Source: Raillietiella orientalis
Lineage: Eukaryota
Reading direction: 5' to 3'
NCBI GenBank assembly: GCA_036172245.1
Contig: JAYWIR010000001.1
Location: forward strand, 1,736,001-1,800,000
DNA length: 64,000 bases
Part shown: positions 12,186-26,199 of the stretch, in pieces
Layout of the letters: each line of letters begins with the position of its first letter
How positions within the stretch are numbered: position 1 is the first letter of the stretch
Position numbers and translations under genes: made by a program
The notes under the pieces: generated by a model
What the model was told of the DNA's origin: nothing
Seen by the model: the letters and a program-made list of their open reading frames with translations, nothing else
The model's database searches: none

Positions 12186-15100
12186 CAGCCTCCCCTCCCT
12201 CGCACGCATCTTCCGCTACGAACCCGCCCGGCCGCGACCGCTGACCGCACGCCTGGCGGGTCCCGGCGCGCTTTCCCCGACTACGGACCCATTCCCGGAA
12301 CGTCCTGTCCTCCCGCCCCGTTCCCAAGACATCCGACGTGACGCTCGCCTTCCGCAGCACAGCTCCCCGGCCCGTCCCGGAGTTCCGTTCGCAACCCGGC
12401 GCCGGCACCATGGAGCAGGCTCCTTCGGATTGCCGATGCACACCTTCGGCCGGCAGCCTCGCTCCTTCCGTTACGGAAGGCCAACGGGCGAGGGGCTGGA
12501 CGTTGGTGCGCGCGCGGAGACGAGCCACGCTCTGCTGCTGCCTTAGCGGCACGCGTTTCTCAGGGCTTCCCTTCGGGACTCTTCTCAGAGGAGGGCCGGA
12601 AAGGTCCGTCCGCTTTTCCCCGAATCCATCCGACCTGCTCGAGTCGTCCTTGGTCGACGCGGGAGGCGGCCGCAAGCTGTCGCTGTAGCGCTCAGGGAGC
12701 GGCGGTCTCGGACCGCACGTCCCTTGCTGCGCTGTCCGTGCGCTGGCGAACGCACGTCATCTCGGGTGGCGCCTTGGTTTCCGCCTCGAGGCGCTGCTGC
12801 TCCAGCAGCCACGCGCGTGGGGTCGCCTTGCGGCGGGCCCAAGGAATCGAGGCTCTTGCAGCCGAACAACCGAGCCGAGAGACACGTCGCCACCCTGCGA
12901 CCCTTCCCTCCCACCGATCGCGCGTCACCAGGACGACGGAGGCGAGCTCCCCGGTGCTCTGCAGAGTGGTCGGCTGCGCCTTCTTCCGGAAAGAAGTGGC
13001 GCGTAGCTGGCTCTCGGGAACTGGCCTGCAACCGACTTTCGACTCGCTTCCGCCCGTGTCTTTCCCGCTTGCGGCATTCCCAACCCTGCGCAGAGGTCCA
13101 GACTCTCCGATCGCTGCCTCCTTTCTTCCACCTCCGTCCCGCTTGTCTTTCTCGTTGTTGGTGGCCTTGTTGGATGGATGACTGCTGCAGGAAAGAGGTG
13201 ATGCTGGAGTGGTGCTCCTCTTCTGCTCCGTGCTCCCGCGCATGGGTGCGGGAGCGCGCCCGTTTCCCCTTCCTCCGGAGACGGTCCGTCGAACGCAAAG
13301 TCGTCGTCCCGGGAACCGATTCCTTGCGTACCGCCTCCCTTCGCGTCCCGCTACTGCAGCTCCACGAGTCACCGCAGCGCTTTCCCTGCTGGTCCCGCGC
13401 GCCCTGGGACGCTGCTCGGCAACCCGCTTGGCGGCGCCGTCGTCCCCTTTTCCCGTCCCGGCACCTGCCTGTCGCTCGCTCGCTCCTCCGCGGACGTCGG
13501 TCGGCGCCTCCGCCTTCCGGTGCTGGCGTCCGCTTCTCTCGCGCCTCGGTGCTCGGTCCCCCTTGCTCTCGCTGGCGGGCTGCTGGTGGTGGCCCGAGGT
13601 CTCGGACCACCTTCCTCTTTTCGGCGCCGTGCTGGCCGCCTTCTGCGGGCATTTGCCTTGCGCCCCCCAACACTTTCGAGCTACGGGTCGCAGCCCGAGC
13701 CCGGTGCTGCACGGAGGGACAAGGCGCTGCTGAAGTACGGCAGAGTTTCCCGACCGCCGCCGCCACCTGTGCTTGGTTTCGCGCGTCAGTCCTCTTTGCG
13801 CAAAATGCGGCGTCGGTGCGGCTGCGCGGTGCTCAAGAAGAGATGGCGATCGCCGCTGTCCCTGGCGTTCCCGTTCCCGCCTCTCCGCGGCGTCTTCGAC
13901 TTTCGAACGCCGAGGTGGCGGTCACCGAGAGGCACGTGGCGGTAGGTGGCGCCGTTCGTCTGCAGCGTCGGAGGCATCCGGAGCGCCCCGACTGCGCGTG
14001 GGTGGTTGCTGCAGTTTTGCCGCGATCCTTGCGGCGAGACGCGCGCGGATCGAGATGGCTCCCCTGAGGCGCGACGGCCTCGTAGGAATCCGCGGTTGCC
14101 GTGGAGACGGGTCGTTGACTCGCTCGTTTGCCGGTCGTCGTCGCAGCGCGCAGGAGCACCGTCCGCCGCCATTCTCCATCCCGGAGGCCGCGCAGGAGCG
14201 GAGCCGCGGCATCCGGGTGCTCGGTGGGAGGGCGGAGACTCCGTCGACTGGCGCCGAGAGCTCCGGTGGCGCAGCCCGCGGCGTTTCCTTCCGCGTTTCT
14301 CGTTGCGGAATTCGTGCGAGAGGGAAGTGCATGGCTGCGAGGAGCTCCGCGTGGCGACCGCCAGCAGCAGCAAGCCTCGCAGGCGGGTGGGCGTCTCCGG
14401 TACACCGGTTCCAATGATGCGGTGGGTGAAGAGGGGTGCCAGCCGTACGGGGATGGGTCGCGCATGCGCGGTTCCCCTGCTGGCCGCGAGGGTGTCGGTG
14501 AATGCGGGCGACGCTCCTCACCGGCAGGTCTCTCTGGCCCGGAAGCGCACCCAGGAAGGGATGGGCGCCGATGGCGCTGGACGAGCCGGAGGCGGAGGTG
14601 CGCTCCCCGCCAAGGTGGAAACTTCCGGCGCGACCTCGGGTCTCCACCGTCAGGGTACGCCGCGCTTCCCTTGCCTTGTCCACCGAGAGAGGCGAACTGA
14701 AAAGGCGCGTCTCGGGCGTGCGGCTCGCGTCACCCTTGCGGATGCCGCGGTCGCAGGCGGTCGGCGTCGGCGATGTGCCATCCTTGCGAGAAGAGCGTGG
14801 AGCGACCCGGAAGCGTATGGTGGTGGTCGCCGGGGACCGTTTCCGAGAGCCGTGGGGTGGGAGCGAAAGAGCATTTGCCTCCTGGGATGCGCGACGGTTT
14901 CGCGGCGCTCGTTCGCGCACGCTTCCGTGCCGGCCGTTCCTCAGCTGCGGCTCCGCGTCGCCGGTGGCGCGGGGCAACGGGCGGCCGCTCGTAGTGCCCG
15001 GAACCCGCCCGCTGCGGGCGAGGCGGCCCTCGATTCGCAGGCGACGCCGGCGAAACCCGCGCGGGACAGGTCACGTGACAGGAAGCGCGACGGCACGCCG

Positions 15101-15975
15101 TGAAAGAGGGAGGTCGCGGCTCAAGGAGCGCCCGTCTGGTCGCAAACGGCAGGCGCAACGGGGGAGAGGAGGGGTGGGGCTTCCTTGTCCGTGGACGGTC
15201 TTACGGCGACTGTGGCGGCGCTGCCTCACTATGGACGCCCGTTTGACGGTGGAGCTGTCCTACGGGCGCCAGCACAAGAGGCGGCGCTTTGGTGGACGTT
15301 GGTCCTGGGATGATCCGACGGGGGCGCTAGCTCTCCTGCGTCCCCGTCCGCTGAGTGGGCGGGCATCCTTGCTAATAGGCCGCGGATACGCATTTTCCCG
15401 GATGCACTTGGCGGACGCGGCGGCGTCCCTTTTCAGGGAGGATCGGAGCGGGAGAAGGCGCCCTGGGAAGGTCGCAGTCGTGGCAACCGCGCAGCGGACG
15501 CGGGAAGTGCGTTTTCGGCGCACGCGAAGCAATGCGACGCAGCGCGTTCCCGCCCGTCCGCGAGCCACGACGCGGAGAGAAGCGAAAGAAGGGAAAAGTC
15601 ATAGCACCGTTGCAGGGATGCTCGGAAGAAGACCTGCTGGCTACCGGGACCGGCCGCGCTCCTCGCCCCAACAGCAAGTGCCGCGGCGAAGACATACGCG
15701 CGACCCTGCAGCGGCCACTGCGTCGGAGGCAGCGCCAGCATTCGGCGCCGCGGGAAACCTGCGGGAGCACCGCATCGTCGCCTGGGACGGCTGCTTGAAC
15801 TTCCCGGGCCGTCCTTCGGCACAGGAGAAACTGAGGGGACGAGAAGGGGGACGAAATCCGTCCGGGTGAGGTCGCCTTCGACCCCGTGGCGAGCCCGCAG
15901 CCCTCCGAGCGGTCGTCGGCTCGCTGCCACGCAACGGCAGCGCGGCAGTCTTGGAAACGCTCCGCCACCTCCACG
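12186..15975 (-). repeat. Inverted duplication IR1, right arm (partner of 1-3790)
   Basis: Reverse complement of 1-3790. GC-rich sequence continues without a break to about 22300, so the arm may be longer. Confidence 0.97.
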
Positions 15976-18900
15976 CGAATCGGAGACGACGCTGGCGCGC
16001 GTCGCGTGCAGCAGATCTCCCAGGAGACAAGCGGGGTAGAGTGACGGGCGGTCCGGGAGGGCAGCCGTCGCCGGCCGGTCTGGCGGCGAACTCTGGACCA
16101 CGGGAAGCGGTGGAGGTGGAGGAGTCGAGGTTGCCGGGCGCCGACACGATCTCGGAAGGCCTTCGGGAAGAGGGCGCGCCCTTATTCGACCCGTGGCGAG
16201 CCAAGTGCGCGCGCACGTCGGCGATCCCGCCGTGGACGCCGAACGGAAGCGTGGCGCTGGAAACGCGCGGGAAAGGGGAGGGAGCGGGTGGGGGTGGGGG
16301 TGGGGGCGCGCAGCAGGGACTTGCCCGCCGGAGCTGCGCCGCCAACGCGGTCTCCTTTCGCGGCCGGAGCCCCGGTTCGTGACCTTCGCCGTGATCGGGT
16401 GCTCCGGGCGATCCTTCGCCGACGTAGCGTATGGGGTCCGTGACCTTCGCGCTCCGGGGGGCGTGTAAGCCTCCCAGAGTCGCAGGAACACCTGCAACTC
16501 TGGAGAACTTCCGCGACGGCGTCTTTCCACCCTTCCCTTCTTGCGTCCCGCTCGTTCCGCATCCACGGAGGCTGGCGGTGCGATCCGGACAACGTCGCCA
16601 TGTGCGACCGCGCAGCTACCAGTGGACCGTGCAATCCTCTCGAAGGTCCCCTCGTCCCCCTTCTCGCGTGCGTGAGCCTTCCTCGTTGACGCTGCCTACG
16701 ACGGGGCGGGCGTCACCACGGCGCGGGCAAGATGGCTACCTCGGAAAGTGGCGGCGCACGGGTCTCTCGACGAAGAAGCACGGTTGCGGCGTTCTCGAGA
16801 AACTGTGCGCCGCCCTGTTCGGGCGTGTTGGCGCGAAACGGGACGCTCCCGTCGCCGGTCCTTTGGTAGGATCGTCCTTGCAGAAGGACGAAGCAGATCT
16901 CGTGGACGCGTGAAGTGCAAACTGCTGCACGAGAGAAGCTGCGTCACGCGGGAGGCGCGGCGCGTCCCTGCGCAGGCCGCTGCGGACGCGGACGCGGCAG
17001 GTGTGGCGTCCACCGATGGTCCCTTCCCGGTTTGTCCACGGTCTTCGGATGCAGCATCCTCAATGTACCCTCACCGACGGCGTCGTATCGCTTGCGCGCG
17101 CGCGGGGCGAGGGCCGTCCCTTCTAGGAGACGCCCGCCGGCAGCAAGAGCGATTCGCCCGTGTTGGGAACGTACAGGCCGCTCCTGCGGCGTTGACCCTT
17201 CCCCGAACAAACGGGTAGAAGGACGACGCACGTCTTCCTGGGAGTGGAAGTCTCCGTAGGGCGGTGAGGTCGGAGAGGCGCTGGCTGCGGTCGGGACGGA
17301 GGTCGCCGTCCGGCAGCGAGCGTAGTCGCGCTTGGTGGATGGTCGGGCGAGGGACGCGAGGTGGGAGATGCAGGCGAGGCTGCCGGCTTTCCTTTCCGCG
17401 AACGGACGCGGTGGGCTACCTCGAGGTCGGACTTCCTCCTCCCCTTCCTCGGCGCCGGGTCGGCCGGCGGTCCACGCATGTGGCATGCGAGGAGAGGTGA
17501 GGAAGGGGAACGTCCCCTGCGAGGTTGGCGCGTGACTTCCAGTAGGAACCTGAGGTCCACCCCGCGTAGGACCGTGGCGGAGAGACGCCCCTGGATCCCG
17601 TCAGTGTTGCCGTGGGGCGGCGAAAGGCCCCGCCGCCGAGCTGTCCGCGGTTCCCGGTCGGGGAGGCAGTCCTCGCGGCATCGACTTCATCCCGGCGCGG
17701 AAGGGTAGCGTCGCTTCCTCTTTGGAACCCCCAGGATGGAAGGGCGTGACCTCGCCGCGCGCCGACTAGCGCGAGTTGGCACCGCGCTTCCGTTCCCGTC
17801 GAGTAGCCCCGGCAAGAGGAGGAGGAGGCTTCGGCGCTCCTCCGCGAAGCGGCCGCCGGGAGATTTCCCGCGCGGGATGAAAGCGCAGCCTCTCGTTGCG
17901 CGCCCTCTCCGTGGATATCGGCTGGGTGGGCGGCAGCCCGATGTTCCCAGGGGCGCGTGGGCGCTCCTTTTCGCTGAGCGGTGGCACAGCGAAGGCGCAG
18001 GACCCGAGTACCATGGGCGTCGGCGGATCCGTGCGCCGCAACGCCCCGTCCGGAGCGGAGTCGGCGCTCCGCTGCCGGCGGCGATGCGATGTCCGCGGGG
18101 GGAGGCCAACGTGGCAGTCTCTCCGGGAGCCTTGCAAGGACGAAGAGCTCTCCGGGATGCGCACGTCGCGCGTCCAGCTCGCACCTGCGGGCCACCGCTG
18201 CTTCTCGATTGGTGGGAGTTTCCAGGGCGCGCGCGGTGAATCCTAGCTCCCGGCGCGCCGCGACTGGACCCGGGATGCCTCGCACCGACCTACGACCAAA
18301 TGCCTCGCGTTTTTTCTCCACGGACCTTCGTTTCCTGGTAGGTCGAGGTTGGTCTGACAGCCGTGGTGGCGCTGTCGACCCTTCTGCTCCGCTCATGTCG
18401 GAAGGAGGGGTTGGTGGTGGGTGCCGACGCGCCCTTCGGCCGCCCTTTGAGGACCGCGGCCTCTTGCTTTTCTTCGTTGGCACCGTGGGGCGTTGGTGGC
18501 CCAGCGGATATCTCCGCCTTGCGTGGCGGAAATGGCGACCGAGGGCGTAGCGCGCAACGTAAGGACGAGTTGGGCGAAGTGCGCTGCGTGCGTGCGTACG
18601 GCGGGGGCGCCGCCGTCGAGCACGAGCACCAGAGCGGAGCTGCAGCGTTACCCTGCTCGGCGCTGAAGACGTCCCGGGAGACGGCGGGCGCGCTCCGCCG
18701 GCCGCCAACTGGACGGAGGTATCGGGCATGCGCAGCAGCATTGCTGTTGGATGGGGACGGCAGGAAGTGAGTGAGGCTGCAGGGGTGGGGCGGGTGTGAG
18801 GTGTCGGGAAGGAGGCTTGGAGTGCAGCGAGCCTGTCGACTTTTGGTCAACGGTCCTCGGAGGGGACCCTCCGTTCCGGAGGAGAGGGTGGGGGATCGCC

Positions 18901-20379
18901 GTGGGAAGGGGCAGCACGGAGGAAGCGATGGATCTCGACACCTCCGGACGCCAGGTCCAGGGCGTGCCGGTAGAAGCACCCTCGCCGCGTGCCTGGCAAC
19001 GGTCGTTCCGAGCGTCTCTCTGGACATGCCTTCCTCGTCGCTTGAGGGAGGTGGGCATTTCTTCAGCTTCGCTAGCGCGGTCAGCCACTCGCCTTCGATC
19101 GGTGCGGTCGGTGGCGCAGGGACGGACTGTGGCTGCCCGTTGAATGTTCCTCGCAGGCATCTCTTCGTGGTTGCGGCAAGCAGGGAATTCCCCGCTCGTC
19201 GGAGCAGCCTGAGAGCGGAGGACCTCCTTAGTTCTTCTGCGGGCGTGTTGTTGCTCCGGAGGAGTGTCGCTTCCGCCTCGCCGGCGTTCCCGGGACTTGC
19301 CGAGGGCGCGTCCATGGGAAAGGTGGTGCAACCCGTCGAGATTCTTCGCTTCTCTTCCAGAGGTCGTGTGGGCTGGAGGCTTCATTGGATCTCCCGCGCC
19401 CCGCTCGTTCTTTTCTGCATTGCTGGTTCCATGCTTACCCATTGATTTCGTCGCGGTCGCCGCTGCGACCTTGGAGATCCCGAGACTCTCCGCCCGAGTG
19501 CTAAAGACGAGCGCCCGCAACTAGCGCGCTGTTGCGAGTCCTGGAAGCTCTTCTTTGTCGGTGCTGACGAAAGGTCTAGGAACGCGTCGGAATGGTGAAA
19601 GATGCGTCTCGGCGGACGGAAGGGTGCTCGAGATGTGCGGAGGCACGCCGCCTGCTTCCTGGTTTGCTCGGAAGGGCGTGTATCCGGGAGAGGGGTAAGG
19701 GGAGTGGAAGAGCGAGGAGGTTCACGGCGAGGAGGTTCGGAGAAGTCTCGGAGGATGCCGACGCTTGGGGGGCAGGGGAACTCGACCTGTACCGTCGGAG
19801 ATGAAGGGCGGTGGGTGACGAAACCCGGAGCGGCAGCGTATTGCGTTGGGAAACGCAGGCAGCCACCTGAGGTCATCGGTGCGAGCGCTCCTCGTACGTC
19901 CACCTCGTGGCGATCGGAGTCAGCGCCTTTCGCAGCTTGAGCGCCGTCTGTCCTCGGGCCTACAAGTGCTTGTGCACCGCGCTCGGGATGTGGGCGCGAA
20001 GCGGTCGCTTCTTCGGCTGCGATCAGGAGCTCCGAGAAGGCGAGCGAAGGGTGCCCCCGCAGCGCGGGGCGCCGTGGGCCACCCGATCCTCCCGTCCGGG
20101 AGGGAGGGCGCGCGATTCCGACGACCGTCGAAGAACCTGGCGGAGCACGGAAGGGCGGCCGGCTGCGCGGATGCGGGCCGCTCGTGAAGGAGAGCTCCCG
20201 CGTCTCGCCGGAGGCCTTCTGTTTGTTTGTGGACGTTGCCTTTGCAGTCTTTCGGAGCAGAAGTTGCGAAGCGAACTACGGGAGGATGGGTGAGATGGCT
20301 TCACGGCTGCGACCGTGGGCAGCGATCGGCTGGGTCCGCGGCCCGAAGCATGCGAGGGTTTTCACCAGGTCACTGCGGG

Positions 20380-20900
20380 ACTTTTATTTAAGAGCAAAGT
20401 ACCAGTCAGGGGTGAGCGGCCGGAGTCGGAGGGGAGGATCCCCTGAACACACGAGACGTCAGAAGAACAAATTCCATGAGGATGAACACGTGTGCTTACA
20501 AGGTAGGGAACGGAGGGAGGGGACGAAAAAGAAATAAAAAAGGACGGAGGCAGGCTAGAGACAGGAGCCTTCGATTTGATTCGTTCGTTTCTTCGCAGAA
20601 GCGGCCGCGATGGTGGCTATTTTACGGGTGACTTCTTGTTGCAGATCAGGTCCACCTTGCAGGCGTCGTCCTGAAGGAAGGGGGCTGCCGTGCTGGCGGT
20701 GGATTCCTTTCATTGCGAAGGAAACTGCAAGAAATGCAGGCCGTCACCGTGGAGCGGATGGTGAACATCCGGTGGCGATCACCGCGCCTTGAGTGAATAA
20801 GCGTTGCAGCAAGTGCGAATCGGCGCCCCCGGTTGACGGACCGCCCCCTGGTTAGTGTGCGCTACACGTTATGCAGGCCACTGCAGCGCAACAGGAGTTG
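20380..20900 (-). mobile_element. 3' end of a degenerate LINE, same family as 7090-7800
   Basis: Minus peptides RLFTQGAVIA / IRSTVTA match RFFTRG..VVIA / IRATVMA at about 7380-7460. UTR segment GAACGGAGGGAGGGGAC (20508) matches GAACGGGAGGGAGAGGAC (7160). AATAAA on the minus strand at about 20383-20388. Confidence 0.55.
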
Positions 20901-23399
20901 TGGGAAAGATCCCGTCGCCTCGCACCTGGTTCCGTTCGGGGCGGCGTGTTCCCTGCAAACCGGGTGCCTGCGCGCGCTGGACGGGGGAATCTTCGTGTGC
21001 GGAGACAGCAGGCAGTCGTCCCGTTTCCGACGGAGCGGGAACACGGAGGTGTCCGAACGCAGGGAAGGGACCACTGGTTCTTCGGGGGGCAGACCGAGCA
21101 GTCGCATCTCCAGGGAAGGACGAGCGGCGGTGCCCGCCTGCTCGCTCGTCTTGTAGCCGTCCAGGAGTTTCTCGGCTCCTGCTTTTCAGCAGAGCAAGTC
21201 TCATCTCTCCCCGCCGGTTGGCTTTTGTCGTTGGTTTTCCGGAGGGCAGACACGACTGCGTCAAGGGGTTTGACAGCCATCCGTGTCCACTGCGTCGAGT
21301 CCCGCAGAGGAAGACCTCTACCGGCGGTTCGCGTAGGAGTTTCGGCGGCGTACGCGGTTCCTATGGGCGCGCATCCAAAATGGCTACTGAGGACTCCAGC
21401 GCCTCGTGTCTCCGGGCGTTGCGGCTTTCGGGGCGGCAGGAGATCCACTGGTGAGCTACCAGAAGCGAGGAGAGCGTCGGGGCGTTGCGGTTCTCTTTCT
21501 CAATCTGGCGGGAAGGCGCGTGAGTCGATTCGGGATTGCGTCGACTTTGTTTCGGTCTTTTTGAACCGGGCTTGCAGCTCTCCAGGCCTGCGCGGTCATA
21601 GCGTGGCGTCCGCTGACGGCGGCTGTTCCGTAGGAGGACTCGCACTCGATGGCCCCCGCGCGCTCCGTCCTGCTGTCCGGCAGCCGGGGCAGTTGTCTCC
21701 GTGCGAGGTGAGCGCGCCGGGATGCGGGAACGGCTCCTGCTCTCACGTTGGGTCTGGGCTGTTGGGCGCCGCGCTGATTGATGGCCGGAGGTGTCGTCGA
21801 GAGGACCGCTGGACGGTGCGTGTGGGGCCGGGTCGCCCGTGTTTGCGACCGTCCTGCAGTCCATGGCAGCCGACGGCTTCCTTGGGAACTGATCCTCCTC
21901 CCATGGCGTGGTTGGCATGCGAGGATGTGCGCTTGCTCTTTGTCGCAGCCACAGATTGGATGTTGGCTGGTCTGCCAGGAGGAAAAGACATCGGATTGGA
22001 GTCGGCCTGAGGGTCGATAGGCAACTGCGTCTTTCGCTTTTCCGATGTCGCGGCTGCTTTCATCCTTCGCGGTGACCCTTGGAGGCAGTTGCGGGCAGGG
22101 GGAGCGTGGCATGTAGCCCGAAGGGGCGCCGGCAGGAAACCTCCGCGTCGATGGCTTCTTGCAGGGATTCACCCCCTCCAAGTAGAGGGCGTGTTTGTGT
22201 GGAAAGGACGTTTTTGCCCACTGAGCGGTTGTTCCACCCGAGGCAAGCATGCGTTGTACGATGTGTATGTGCAAGGCATAGGTGTGGTGCAGGTTTGCAG
22301 GACTGTGAGAGTGTTCGGTTTTTGATAAGGGAGTCTTTATGCTAGGAATGCGTTTATCAATATGTTGGTTTAGATTCTTGTTTTCTTATTTGAAAGAGTG
22401 GATATGTGTATTGATAATTTTCATTCAGGATGATGATGGATAGAATGTAAATTTGTGGCTTTTTCGGGTTGCATAATGAACATTTGGAGCTGCTTGCATA
22501 CATCTTTGTGTGCACTTGTTGCTCGAATCTGATACCTTTCTGGTCTCCCCCTGGCTGAGGCTGCCCCATTGAGTTGGGTCCGCTCTCCTCGTTGTGTCCC
22601 TATAATGAAAATAGCAGGCCTTCGGTATTCAGTTCGTTTTGTACAAGGTCGATGATGTATGATAAAAGTGTTTGCAGCATGCTGTTTTGCCTGAATGTGA
22701 GGACGTTAATTGATGTGAGTATGCTGTTTTGCATGACACATAGCCTGAATTATTTTGGCGTTTGATCTCCACCTCAGTTTTTGGTTTTCATTTGTTCGTG
22801 GCAAGGGCTAAAACGTGGGAAGTTTTCTACTTTTCTGCACATCGTAAAGTGAAATCTGGGTCTGCCCCAAAGTTACAATGGAAGCTTTAGCAGTTATCCG
22901 AGGAAAAAATGTTTTTCGGTGTCTCTGAACACGTTTTCCTTAGGGGATACTTGTGCATGCATCTAAGGTTGAATTGAATGGAACCGGATGGAGAACATTT
23001 CCAGGAGCTGAATATTGAAATAATCGAATATGTGTGCTGTATACAGAATTGTAATAAGGATTTCAAATTTTTAAGTATTTGAGATTTGACACTTATTTCG
23101 GTGGAGCATGTTACCATTCGGTAATATAAGACATTTGCATTTAATGGTTTGTTGGGTATGACTTGCTTCCTGGATTACTAAGTCACAATTGTGTTTTTGA
23201 AAAGGATGCAAAAGTGTTCTGTGTTGAACTCTTATAAGGTTAATAAAGAATCTGTGTGAATCATGACTATGGGGTTCGTTTTTTTTTACCCTTTTCACAG
23301 CACTCCAGTCTCACTAGAGAAATGTAATCAACCTATTTATCACTAGGGATGTTCTTGAACTAGTTATTTCCGGTCATGTTTGCACAGGAACTTCAATAC

Positions 23400-24700
23400 T
23401 TACTTGTACAATGAAATGTAACTGCAATTGTACAATGCTTATCTGGACTTTTAAGAAAACATTTGTAAGCCTTTTTCAAGAACTGCATTCAAGTTCTGAA
23501 AGTTACATCATAGAACAAGACACATACATAAGTTTGTGTGTATGAAGGTAATTCTTGGATTTTCTTAACAGCTCATTCATCAGGAAGCATTGGTCATATA
23601 TTAAGTGTTTGCCACACTTTGAAAATACATGCTTTGGAGAAAAATAATGAAAGAGATCTTTTAGGTAATGACTTAGGAACTGTTGTTGGTTGGATTAGAT
23701 CTGTGCATCAGGTAAGTTGTCAAAATAAGAACTCTATATAAAACAGTGAACTGTTTTATGTAGAGTGAAAATAAGATATCAAAGGTTGGCAACGTGTTAG
23801 GAGAATTTTTCAAGAAAGAAATGTTATAAGAGGAAGCCATAGAAGCACCATGTAATTTGAGATTTGCTTTCTTTGAGAGGCATCCAGTTGATGCCAAAGA
23901 TTTATCAACTTTCCAGGCATGTTTCATGTAATAAATTTTGCAATTAAAATTCTTTCTTAGCTTAAGAATTCAATATCGTTGATCTCATTGAGTTTAACTT
24001 GAATTTTTCACTTCATGCCAAAGCAATGAATAAAAATTGAAATAAGAGAGAATTGAAGGCCTGTGCTTGTGCCTCAGTGTAGACAAATTCAGCTGTTTGA
24101 GCACTCTGAAGTTAATAGAAAAAGAAGTCCCTTCAGGGGTGCCATTTTTGGTGTAAATGCACTAGTTCCAGAAAAGGTCCTAGAAGTTCCAAGAAAAAAG
24201 TTCCAGTTAACCAGTTCATTGCTTCGAAAAATAATTCAAATTCTGCTGGTTTCCTGGACTATAGATGTTTAATGCTTATGCTTATAATGTTTTGTTTATT
24301 GATAACTTTAGAAATGAATTTCTACAAATGCTTTCAGAATAACTCCTGATTAACATGTGTCAACTTCATTTAAAAAAGAAACTGCTGTTGAATTGGATTA
24401 ATTATTTTCTGAAACATTCAATTCAATCAGAAAAGCAAGTAATAGAATTAGAATCAGATTTTCAATTTGAGAGAAATTCAGATGCTATTAAAGGAATGTT
24501 ACTAAAGTCTTTTTTACAGAGTCATTGTGCATGTGTGGTCACTGAATGTAATTAAAGACCTCAACTCATAATTACAAGCAAATATTGATTTTCAAATGTG
24601 AATTGCCCAAAATTCCTTTTTGCTGACTAAAATATCATGAAGATTGCAGCATAAGGTTACAGAACAAAATTATATGGTAGGTAGTGTTGAACTGAAGAAG
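23400..24700 (+). mobile_element. Degenerate AT-rich L1/Tx1 APE endonuclease and linker
   Basis: Ordered motif remnants YIIEQDT (IFLQET), HSSGSIGHIL (S.GV.IL), VI*DL (GDFN), ERIE (SRID), FEHSEV (SDH), AIKGMLLKS (GA.LRS), with many stops and frameshifts. Confidence 0.5.
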
Positions 24701-26199
24701 CTAGTAAATCAGGAAAAATTCTAATGATAGTCACTTTATGTTTAGGGTAGCATTATTTGTGTACATCGTTTAGAAAACTTTTGTGAAAACACATTTCAGA
24801 AAATGCAGTGTTCTTATAGGACAGGGTTCAGGTGTACTAATAAGTTATAACCCAGGGAGGAAATAAAGTAACTAATTAGGATGGCTTTCACCCATAGTAC
24901 ACGGAAAAAAATATTTTGGTTGATACATCACTGGTTATATAAAAGTCTATAATGAAAAGTTGAGTCAAGATTTCCAAAGCCAAAACTCGAAATTTCAAAC
25001 TACCCCGGTTTTCAGTGATCATGCACTTTTCTGATTATTACTATTACAATTTTTGTTTTCCATTTGGCGATTAAATGAAACGAATGCACACCAAAGACTG
25101 CTGAGTACAAAAAGGAACCTTTAGTGAAAGTTTCAGAACTGCAAAGTACATTAAAGTCATCAATACTCATAAGATCACGTTCTGACAAAAGAAATGTATT
25201 TCCTTGAATTCGAAATTAACTGTAGAACGTTTGAAAACCGATCAGAATCCACGTTGCGTAATCAGCAAAAAGTCCCACCAATTAGAAAATTAAGATATAA
25301 CCAAATAATGGGGTTTGTGGAGGAGGAAAACATAAATTAGAGAAGTAACTTTGTTCAGTTAAAAACAAAACGCTACATTGCAGATACATAGATATAAAAT
25401 TCAGCAGTATCTACTGCAATAACTGAAACAATTCTTTGGATAGAATTTATTAGCAGTATACCAAAATTGGATACTAGCAGGGTTGCCCGATTTGTCATGC
25501 AGTTCCTTGAGTTCATGTGCTGTACCACCGATGAACCAGATTACCTAGGATTCCTAAAAAGTCCTAAGCAGTTAAGTGAACAGCCCTTACAATATGTTCA
25601 TCATAACTATTTATTCCTTATAATCACAACGCTAATGTATTTCTCATCGAAACAAATGCTTTGATGAAACACTTCTAAGGGGAAGGAATCAGTGGCATGT
25701 ATTCGATATGAGCGTGGTCAGTACACTCATTGATTTCTACTTGTACCCTTTTCCCATTGTGTTGTGTCCGTACATGTGAGTATAGTTAACTCTGCATGTA
25801 CAGTTGCTAGGCATAATTCCTCCGGCATGACAAAAACGGGCAATGAAATCTGCAGCTTTTTCAGAACGTTGGGTTTTCTGTAGATGCCTTCCAGTGCTTG
25901 CCCAGTCAGCATCAAAGGGGCAGCAACTTGCATGCTGATGAATAGTGGTCCAGAGTAGGGATCGAGGAGAGCAGCCAGGCAGTTGACCATGCCTTGTGCT
26001 GGAATTTCTGAATTTTCTAAAGAGTTCCAATACGCACGGGTACTCACTTCATCCTGTGAGCTTACTCGATTCTACTTCAGAAGCGATACTTTCGTCTTAA
26101 GCAGATGGAAGGATGGACAGATGGATTTTCAATCTCGGTAGCTAAAGCAACTAAGGTTATTCACGGAAGTTTGAGGAGCGACAGACTCCGGAGTAAGAA

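Noticed and set aside
1-22300. Many 200-500 aa ORFs in the GC-rich blocks (also 29200-34400 and 41086-45371)
   Set aside because: They overlap in all six frames, are Arg/Pro/Ala/Gly-rich and show no recognisable domain. Long stop-free stretches are expected at about 70% GC.
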